Of a stretch of DNA of 53,787 bases, positions 34,553 through 44,800 are shown piece by piece. Source of the stretch: an uncultured Gammaproteobacteria bacterium (GTDB taxonomy: Bacteria; Patescibacteriota; Patescibacteriia; Magasanikbacterales; GWA2-37-8); contig CAZINT010000002.1 of the NCBI GenBank assembly GCA_964540825.1, forward strand, positions 194,993 through 248,779, given 5' to 3'. Under the pieces are notes generated by a model that was not told the DNA's origin, ran no database searches, and was given only the letters and a program-made list of their open reading frames with translations. Every line of letters starts with the position of its first letter. The stretch's first letter is position 1. The translations under genes and the position numbers were made by a program.

Positions 34553-35365
34553 TTAGCGTAATGAAGTAGTAGCGACTACAGTTGTAGTTGCAGGTAACGT
34601 ACGAGTCATTTTGCCGGGTCCAAGCGGGTTATACCCATTTCGAACTTCGTCCCCGTCGACATACCCGTCTCCATCGGTATCTGGGTTTAACGGATTTGTT
34701 TTCCACACTAACACTTCTTCTCCATCGCTGAGCCCGTCTTTATCAGTATCAGCAACCTTAGGATCAGTACCCAGCTGCTGCTCTTGAGTATCCGGCAAAC
34801 TATCCCGGTCAGTATCCACGGACTCGCCAAAAAGCACAGTATCATTTTTAATCTCATTGGAAACACCGCTGGTAGCCTCAGTAGGGGCGGGAGTTGTTAC
34901 TACGGGCGTTGTTGGTGGAGGGGTGGTAACAGGCGTCGTTACCGGTGTTTGAACCGGAGTAGTAGGCACCGATTGTTTGAAAAAATGTGAGTATACCCAC
35001 CACCCACCGATGGCTAAGGCAACAATAATCAAGCCGGTCAAAACAAATAAAATAATTCTGCCGATTACCGGCTCCTTAGCAGGGTATCCAAGCGGCGGAG
35101 TTCCACCGGGTTGATTCGCGCCGTAGCTAAAAGAAGAAGGCGAACCGGAATCTCTACTCGGACTTGGCACATCAGTTTTTCGTTTTAAAACTCCGGCCGA
35201 TAAAGCATCGGCGCCACCGACCATGCTAGCGGCGGCGGCTTTTGGCGTCTCGACAAGCGAGGCATTTTCTTCCTCTGGCGCATCAACACCTGAAAACATG
35301 TCTACAGGTTCCATGGGTAAATTTTGTGGAGGCTGACCACCAGCAGCATTTGGTTCGTCGAACAT
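34553..35365 (-). CDS. Membrane-anchored protein with a P/T-rich linker and thrombospondin-type-3-like repeats
   Basis: 270 aa. TM segment: IILFVLTGLIIVALAIGGWWVY. Linker: TTPVQTPVTTPVTTPPPTTPVVTTPAP. Repeats: DTDRDSLPD, DTDKDGLSDGEE, DTDGDGYVDGDEVRNGYNPLGPGK. Confidence 0.65.
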   Translation of the reverse strand: MFDEPNAAGGQPPQNLPMEPVDMFSGVDAPEEENASLVETPKAAAASMVGGADALSAGVLKRKTDVPSPSRDSGSPSSFSYGANQPGGTPPLGYPAKEPVIGRIILFVLTGLIIVALAIGGWWVYSHFFKQSVPTTPVQTPVTTPVTTPPPTTPVVTTPAPTEATSGVSNEIKNDTVLFGESVDTDRDSLPDTQEQQLGTDPKVADTDKDGLSDGEEVLVWKTNPLNPDTDGDGYVDGDEVRNGYNPLGPGKMTRTLPATTTVVATTSLR

Positions 35366-35400
35366 AGGTACTAATTTAGTAAGAATTGGTAAAAGCTAGT

Positions 35401-35874
35401 TTAGGGATTAGCAATAAGTTTTCCTGGACCATTAGGATTATACCCATTCCTAACCTCTTCTCCATCAGGGTGACCATCACTGTCTGTGTCAGCCTTTAAG
35501 GGGTCAGTATGAAAAATGGTTATTTCGTCTTTGTCGAGGAGGCCATCGGCATCAGTATCAGAAGACGTCGGACTCGTGCTATACGTTTTTTCTTCCACAT
35601 CTGACAAACCATCGAGATCCTGGTCAGTCTTTGTGAGTGTTTCGACTTGAGCCTGAAAAGCGTTAAGCTCAGGTGAAGGGGTCGTGGTTGTTATAACAAC
35701 TGGGGTCGGAACTTTATCGCCCGTGCTTGTTGGCACGTCAGTAGTGTTTGTAACCGGTTTTGGTACGGCAGTAGTCATCTTTTTATTCCGGCTATACAAC
35801 CAGCCTCCAAGAGCGGCAAGAATAAGCACTAGTAGTATACCACTAATCAGAAATAATTTCTTGCGGTTTTCCAT
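35401..35874 (-). CDS. Membrane-anchored protein with thrombospondin-type-3-like repeats
   Basis: 157 aa. TM segment: LFLISGILLVLILAALGGWLY. Repeats: DQDLDGLSDVEE, DTDADGLLDKDE, DTDSDGHPDGEEVRNGYNPNGPGK. Confidence 0.65.
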   Translation of the reverse strand: MENRKKLFLISGILLVLILAALGGWLYSRNKKMTTAVPKPVTNTTDVPTSTGDKVPTPVVITTTTPSPELNAFQAQVETLTKTDQDLDGLSDVEEKTYSTSPTSSDTDADGLLDKDEITIFHTDPLKADTDSDGHPDGEEVRNGYNPNGPGKLIANP

Positions 35875-35885
35875 AGGCCGAGGAA

Positions 35886-38800
35886 TTAAAAGAATTTACT
35901 TTCGGTAACAATTTTATTGACCGGAATAATGCGGCTGCTTACCGGATCTGCATTAGGAACAGCCGCCCGTTTAACATTAAATACGTACCAATAACTTGCG
36001 TTTGAATTATCGGACGCTGCAGCACTATTCATATAGAAAGTCATCGCAGGGGTAGCAAAATGATTTGTTTCTGTATCATTTTCAGGGAAATAGACGTCAA
36101 CACGAAGCTTGGCAGTATTGCGATATTTAGCAATGCCCTCGCCGCCGGTACGAACATAAAATGCATACTGATCATTATTCATTTCAGAATAAACGGTGGT
36201 TCCATTGTAGGGGCGGGCTTCAGTATTAACAAAGAAGGCTTCCTCATTGGTGCTGTTTGGCGTTGAACCAAAGCCATGGTAGCCAATACCATTGATTCGC
36301 GGAGCATTGTAATAAGTACTGCCACTCGACAATTTACCTGCGAATGTTGCACCTTCGGTTTTACCTTTGCCAGCGAGCGGCACAGTAAAGCCGCCGTAAA
36401 AACCAGCATCTTTTACCCAACTGACAACAACACGGATATCGTTTGGCCGAATCTGATTATTAATTACTGGCGAGAGGACTAAGTCATACTGTTCAGGAGA
36501 GATCGCGGCAAAAACCGGAAAATCAAAACGGTGCGTCGTATCGCCGTTGATGCGAAGCGTGTAGCGAGGGTCACCCGTTGAGCACAGCGGATAACTATTT
36601 AATTTAACTTGGTTACCGGTAGCAGTTGCATCAGCAGCAGGGTCCTTAAGAACGTAATTCTTGTCAGACTCCCCGGGCCAAGCTGTATGAGCAACTAATT
36701 TTTTAGGTGCGGTATCAAGACCAATGTATACATCGAGCGACGAAGGCTTGTTACCGCTGAGCGCGCCATACGAGACATTTCCTACCATGAAGCTGGTTAC
36801 AGTTCCAGGATCCCCAAGCAAGGGATTGGCGCCTCCGGGATTCAAGACATTGAGCAGTCCGCCAGCAATACCAACGCCTTTAGCGTAGTCGACACCGCAC
36901 TTTACACAATTATTAGTGGCTACCGAGCACGTAGCAGCGCAGGTTGGCGCGGCAATCTGCTTCTTTTGAGTATAATCGTCTTGGGGTTGTTCAGTGCAGG
37001 ATAAGAATTTGTATCCGCCATGAGCTGCATTAAAAGTAGAATCAGTTGATGAAGAGCTGTTTAAAACATAAACAGTTTTGTTTGGATCGTTAGCATCCAT
37101 ATCACAAGCTTCTGATCCTCCCTGCACCACCCCATCACCGCAATAGGTTTTGGCTTGAACGTCAATAATATTTTTGCAATCGTTAGAGCAATAGGCGCAC
37201 GTTTTGCCATAACTTGGGTTGCAGCTCAGGCCATTAGCGGCCCCATTATCACACGCTTCGCCGGCGTCTACCTTACCATCCCCGCAACCTGGGGCAGCTG
37301 TAGTGGCAACCGTGCCACCAGCCGCACAAAACCATGGGCTTTGTGCTTCTGAGGCAACTTCGGCCGGGGTGAGAACACGAGCGTATACCTTGACCTCATC
37401 TAAGCCGCCATTTCCGCCCAAATAAATTGGATAATTCTGATCAGCAGCCATGCCAAGTGTACCAGCATCACTCATACTGACTGATCCGTCGGCAAGTGGT
37501 TTGCCGTCAACATAAAACCTGATGGCGTGGACGCTGCTATTCCCAACCGTAACTGCAACATGGTGCCATTCGCCTGCCGCAAGACCAACCGGCAATACTC
37601 CCTCGGCTTTTCCAAAACGACCCGGCGAAGAGAATCCTAATTTCAGAATTTTATCAGTATTATAATACGAGAAATTATAATCCTTTTCGCTTTCCATAGC
37701 ATTGAGGCCATTTTGCTTAAGCAAAATATTTTTCCAACCTTCGTTAGTGCCAGGAGTCAATTTAATCCATGCTTCAAGGGTAACATTGGCGACATCAAAC
37801 GCTTTATAATGTGGGACCGTAATAAAGTTACCATCCGCAAAAACAAAGGCACCGTTATTTTTACCATTTTGGGTGTAAGCTGGACATTCGTTCTTATCGC
37901 TATCACAAACGCCATTATTTATACCAGCGCTATCTGAAAAAGTTACTTTGGCGTCTTTTACGGCTGCGTCATCAAATCTCCACCAAGCAACAGCAGCGGG
38001 ATCAGTCCATTTGCACGATGCGCTGCAGGCACGTTTTCCGCTCTGATCATCAAGGGTACAGGCACTGGAAGCCCCGTCACATTCTTCGCCCCAATCACTC
38101 TGAACGATCCCATCACCGCAGTATGGGCCAGTTGCCTGACAATCCCAGTTACAGGAAGCACTCTTGGTTTGGGCGTATTTTATTTTAGCTTCAGTAATTA
38201 ATTTACAAATTCCACTATACGAAGTCTGTACACCATTGACCACGTTACAGTCGCCCGAGACGGAACAAGGCTGACCGGTTCTGGCACCGCCGACACAAAG
38301 TCCAGGCTTATTATCCATCATCGCTCGAATATCACACACCTCATATTTTGCTTCAACAACTCCATCCCCACAAAAACCGAGGTCATCCTTGGTTGGAAGC
38401 GTGCACTTATTGGTACAATGATTATAACGGCCATTGAGCTTGCCATCATCACATTTTTCTCCTACTTCTACCACGCCATTGCCGCATTTGCTGAGGAATG
38501 AACAGTCAACAAATGCCGTATCAGCTGCTTTCCAGCGGCATGAACTGTCACACACATCAACTTTAATTTTGCCATTTTGCTCAGCACCGCAGGCTCCGTA
38601 GCGAGTCTGTCCGGCAGGATCGCATTGTTCGCCGCGAGTAGTATTAACCACGCCGTCACCACAAACGCCAGTATTAAGGGTGGCAATTTCCTGATCTTGG
38701 TTACAAATTCCACTTGCGTTATCGGTAATAAATTTAGTCGGATCAATAAAATCAGCCATGAACATGCTCTGATTGGCGATAGTCAGACCGGTAGTTTCAA

Positions 38801-41800
38801 ATTTTGCTCGCACGGTATAATTTGCGCCCGCTGCGGCAGCACTATAGCGATAGGCATACGAGGCCGGCGGGCAAGCAAAACTAAAGCGGCGGTCTATTGT
38901 ACTCCAGGCTGTGATTGGATCATGCAGCACACAGGTTTCAGTGCCGCCACAATCAGCGTTGACAGTACAGAATTTATTGGTACTTACCGAACAGGTTCCC
39001 GCAGCAGCAAGGCGATTGATTGGGTCAACCGGAGCACTTTGCCCCAGCGTATTTCCAAGCGTTGCCCAGGAAGGCCAGGTGCTTACGGTCTGACCTGTCA
39101 AATAACTCCCCTCTTGCATGCTTGGGTATTTCTTGTCATGCGCTGAAGCATAGCTTGCAAGCGCAACTTGGAAGGCATTAAGTCCATGTAACCGGTCGTA
39201 ATTTCGCTTGAGTTTGTCAACACTGTTGGAACAAACCTGCCCTTGATTACAATCAAGATCGCTTTGACATTGAATTTCAAAGCCAGGGTTATTACTACTG
39301 GTTCCGCAATAGCCGTAATTAGAAATATTAGAATTAAATTTAAGATTGGTCAGAAGCTGCTCAAAGACCTTGCGCGTAGTCGCATCGGCATTTGCGTTGA
39401 TACTAAAAAGATAAATAGTGCTGTAAATATTTTTGGTAACCGCTGAATAGTTGAGCGCATCAACATAAATATTATTTCCATCTGTAATAGCACTATACCC
39501 ATCAACTGTAACACGCTGCGTATTGCCGATAAAACCTTGTCCGCCATTTGCCTTACTCAGCGAATACCAATCTGACGGACTGAGATGTTTAGGGTTAGCA
39601 AAAACCTGTATACCAATAGCGTCGGCATTTTTATCATTGGTAAAGAAGAATTTCTTAAGCGCACCGGTCGCTGAAATTGCCGTACCACTGGTTTGAACTG
39701 TAGGACGCAAATACGGAAGATCATCGCTTGTACCACTCGCCCCATTATCCGCGCAGTAGTAGGTGCCGAAATTAAAATACCCATCCATTACTGCTGATGA
39801 AGCTGGAATAGTTGAATTATTAAAGATATTTTGGGTCAGATCGAACCCGTCATTATTACCCGCTGTATCTTGATAGGGAAAAATAGTATACGGACCCTGA
39901 TTATTAACAAAAATATCTTTTGGCGGCCAAGGATTTTCACACAAGAAAACAATTTCATGTGAACTGCCGGTAGCAACCCCGCCCGTGGCACTGGTGTACT
40001 TGTTGGTGGTGATGTTTGCTTCAGCACGCAGATCTATTTCACCATTGCGGTTTTGGGCAGTGATGACATTGAGCGCGCCATTGCCGGCCTGAAGCGAGAC
40101 GTACGGATTATCTTGCGGTCCCCAGCGATATTGCCAGTCATAAAATCCGGTGATCGGCTGTACTTTTGCCCCAGCGGAAGTATAGGCAGATGCTTCGAGC
40201 GTTGTAGTCGCATTTGCTGCCGAGAACGACCACTCTGGTGGATAGACGTTTACTTTGCTAATTTCACAAATTTTATCCGTTGTTGAGAAATGCCAACTAA
40301 TATTTTTGGTGGCCAGTTTGCCAATACTAACTCCGTTGACATCTTTAACACCTTCTTTAAGAATAACCGCATAATCAGTCATAAAGGCAAGCGGAGTATT
40401 GATTTGAATACTGATACGCGAAGTCGAAGTGGGGGCACCGGCCACCGGCGCAACATGCGCAACACCAACATCCTGTCCAACACACCAATTGCTAACGGGC
40501 GTCGTTACAGCAGCAGCGTCAGAACCAAGAAATACATTTTTGAGAACTGCACCAACGCGTACCAAAACATTCTTATACCATGGGAGGGCGATATGACTTT
40601 CAGTGCGAGCAATGAGGTCTGTAACATCTTGCTGACCTGCTGCACAAGCTGCACTACTTCCGCGAGCGACCAAAACATTACCCGTTAAAGTGTTTTCATC
40701 GATTTTACTATCAAATACTGCTTCAAGGTACGTGTTTGGGCAGACCGCAGCAGCATTATTAGCAGGATAGGTACTCAAGAGCCCTGGTTTTCGATAACAA
40801 CAGGTATTTTGTCCGACAGAGTAATCACTGCCAAAGGTTCGCTTACAATCAAGGTCCGTCTGATAGCCGCACGCGACACTAAAGACACCGCTTCCGCTAA
40901 CGGAACGATTATTTTGATTTGTAGTTGCTTTTACCAAAGTTCTTTGGGCAGCAGGCTCGCCTTGCGGAATACCTAAACCTACACCTGTTGCCAGTGTCCA
41001 CGGATCAATGAGACCGCTATGAGTAATTACTAACCCGGTTTCACAAACGGCGTCTTCGCCCGTGCCTACCGTTCCGTCTCCGCACGATGATGGGGCGGTA
41101 TAGAGTAGTGACGAACCGGTATGCCGACCGTTGGCATCACACCCCTCGGTACCAGGCACACATTCGGTAGAAGTTTTCTTGAGACAATATTGAGTACAAG
41201 CACTGCTATTCCAACCCGTATTTGGATCGTCACAACCGGTGTCTTCGTCTGGGGTAAGGACTTTATCACCACATTGACTAAAGCTTTGGCCGCAGGCAGC
41301 TTGAAATTCAGTGTTCGAAAAACCGCCCCGGGTAAGTGTGTTTGCAGCACACCACGCTTTAGAAAGACGAGAGCCCGTATGCAAACACGCCTGCGAACAA
41401 CTGAGCTGTGAAAGCGGATTTGAAACAGCTTTCATAATACCGGTATCACAGTCTTCGCCGCTTCCCACAGTGCCATTGCCGCAAATAGAAGCAGACGTAT
41501 CAGAAGCATTGACGGTAGTTTTAGAACCCAAATGACGGCAGCTGAGACTACATCCGGTGGCCGTCTTCGGATCCTTAGGATCACAAGCTTCGCCTAAATT
41601 TTGTTCAACAATACCATTGCCGCAGGTTGCTGCAGTATTTCCGGCAAATAAACAATTTAATGTACAGCCTTTGGCACTGTCCGGCCCGTCACAATCTTCG
41701 CCTGCTTCAACTTTGCCATTGCCGCACACCGGTAAAAGATTTGCTTGGGTTGCAGGAACATCACTGCCTTTGCGAATACAGCTTGGGGTACACGAAGGAT

Positions 41801-44800
41801 TACTTCCTCTAGTACTAAACGATGTAACACTGGCTACTTTTGTGTCAGCTGAACTCCAGTTCCAACTTACTGACCACGGATTGATTTTTTGACCTTGCGT
41901 GCTACAGGCGTCCGGTGCGGCATAGGGCTGTACGGTATACACTGTTTTTTCAGCAATAGATTTTCCAGAAAACTCCGGCGGGTTAACTACAGCACGGTCA
42001 ACTTGACACTGCTCTTTTTTGGTTTTGAAACGCCAGGTAAATTCTTGATTAAATGGCCTGCTTGATGTTTGAGGATCATTAAGTTTTGCTGCTGACCAGA
42101 GCTGATTGGTTGCGGCCGCAGGGTCTGTGGGGGCAGTCGAAACAACGACTTTATACAGTGTATTTGGCTCAAGAAGCTGCGAACCGCTCAGCGAGTTGGC
42201 AATTTTAAGTACGGAGTAATTGCTGGTTGGGTCGAGCGTAATATCGTTGAGGTTTACGACCGATTGTGTGCTCAAACAATTTTCATCAGTACATTTTAAA
42301 AGCTGAACACTGCCGCCTTGGATAGTACCTGGCAAATTGCGAAGTGACATCGTGGTATTAAAACGCACAGCAACTTCAGCGTTGGTACATGCTTCTTGGC
42401 AACGCGGCCAGTAGTCAACGACACTTGGGTCGCTCAGGTCGATGGTAAGCGGACTTTTGCCAGCGTAGGACGCAGTGCCGGTACTTGCAACTGCCACGAT
42501 GCTAACCGCATCATCTGGATTAGCGAGACCAACTGCCACAGTATTAGCTAAAGCAGAGACCTGCGAAACCGGCGCATTTAGAGATCCATACATCGCAGCA
42601 TACTCAGTATTTTCGCTGTTCCACTGCCAATTAAAACCGCTCACATCCATCATGACGCAATGTTGGTTACTCAGTCCATTACCGCGATAGTACAAATCTG
42701 TAGCGCTGCCCACGGTAGTCCGTAATTTAATCGGAGCTTCGAGCACCTTTGTCCAATAACTATACGGTGTTACAACTACCGCTTTAAGCGCGCAGTTTTT
42801 GGTATCGGTTTTAAAAACATAACAATATGCCGAACCAGCAATTTGGCACGGACGATCCGCTGCTAAGGCGAGTGCAGTACTGCTCGCACTGCCTGCCGAT
42901 CGGATACCGGTGGTAAGCGCTACCTGGTACCAGGCATTGTCTTCCCAAGAACGATTTGTCGGACCAAGTTGCAGATAAGTATGCGCCCCGCCTCCATTGT
43001 CGGTCATAGCCGCCTTGACACTATAACTATCCGAAGTTAAATCAACCCGAACTGGATTCAAACAATTATTTTTATCATCAACGCCCGAACATTTGTTAAC
43101 AATGACTGTATCTTTAGTAACCGTTTTTTGATCAAGCTGCGCGGTCAGTTCTACGGTAGCGAGCGCGGTACGACAAACATTATGACTGTCACCATTGGCA
43201 CTTTGGTCCCACTGAATACTTGGCGATGGGGAAGGTAAATTTTTGCCCTGATCTGTCCCGGCGTCACAGCGTTCGACAACGCGCGGAACAATTGGTATGG
43301 CCGCAGAACTAAAACGCCAAACATACCCGCTACTGCGAGTTCCTTGAGAACATAATTCCCCCGCCGGTTTACACGAACCCGCATCAGCGCCCGCGCTGCA
43401 GCAGGTGTAACCTGCAACCGGGCACGTGTTATTACTCTGGACACAATTTGCGACGGTAAAATTTATCGGGTTACTTACTTTACTATCTTCACCGCGAACT
43501 ACGACAATCGGACCAGTTTGCGCGCCTGTTGGAGGACGCAGGCTAATTGAACCATTACTAGCAGAGACAATATCCGTTTTAGCCACCAGCGCACGGCTGC
43601 TCATATCGGCTGCGTTTGCAGCCGCTTTCCAGAAATAAATATTTGGCTGCGCACCAAAATATTCGCCCGACAGAGTAAGCACCTGGCCTTGCGCAAATGG
43701 AACATTGCCTGAAACAGGCGAAATTTTACAGATACCCGGATTTGGCGTACCTGCTACCAAAGCAAACGTAGTATTAGAATCAACAGGACTTACCGCGTCA
43801 TCAGCTGTTTTAACTTGAACCAAATAACTTGTCCCCACAGATCCTTTGTCCAGAGGGAATTTGACAATAATTTGATCGTCGCGCCATACAGCTGTCTGAC
43901 AGCTGCCTGGAAAATCAAAACCGCCTAACGTGGCTTCACTCTCAGGTGTTGCTTTAAACCACACCGCCCCCAAACGACTCCCAAAATTACGGCCGGAAAT
44001 CGTAATATATTCGCCACGGGCACCGGAAGCAGTACTGAGCGCGTTAATAAAGGGCGCAGTTTCACTGGCTCCTTCTTGAACTGAAAAGGTTATACCATTA
44101 CTTTGTTGCCCATTGCTGGTTACCTTGACCACAACATCTCCTTGTTCAAGGTTAGGTACTGTTGTCTTGATAAGCGCATCAACCCAGTCATTAGGACGAG
44201 TAACCGCCGGGGTAGTTCCAAAAGTAACTTGGTTAGCAGTAGTTGAAAGTAAGCCAAAATTTTTACCAATAATAGCAATGGCTGAACCGCTTTTACCGCG
44301 AGTTGGATTGAGCGCACAGATGCTCGGATGGACTTCACCATTTACCGTAAAGTCACCAACAAGCGGCCCCCAGGCATCACGTGTTGTATCAAATAATGAA
44401 GTATTGGCAGTGGCGGCAGTTTTAAGCGTCGCCGAACCTGAAAATACAGCTACGGGGCCGGGAACCGCACTTTGCGGTACTTCAACAATAATTTGTGACG
44501 ATGACCAGCTGCCAAAACTTGACCCCCCGCAGCTAACGGCCTTAGCTTCCACCCAGTCAGCTTCTTTAGTAATGCTGGGGTTAGCAACGGCAGCAAAATA
44601 AACATGACCGCTCGAACCTAGATATTTTCCTGAAATAGTAACAAATGTACCGGGCGCACCAGAATTCGGTGATAACCCGGTGATGGTTGCACGCTGAACA
44701 CAAACACCTGCTCCGCCTCCTGCCGGCACTTGGCAAAAACCACTGCCGCAATCCGCATTTACTGAGCAACTTTCCCCAGCACAGCTGCCACACTCTCCTC

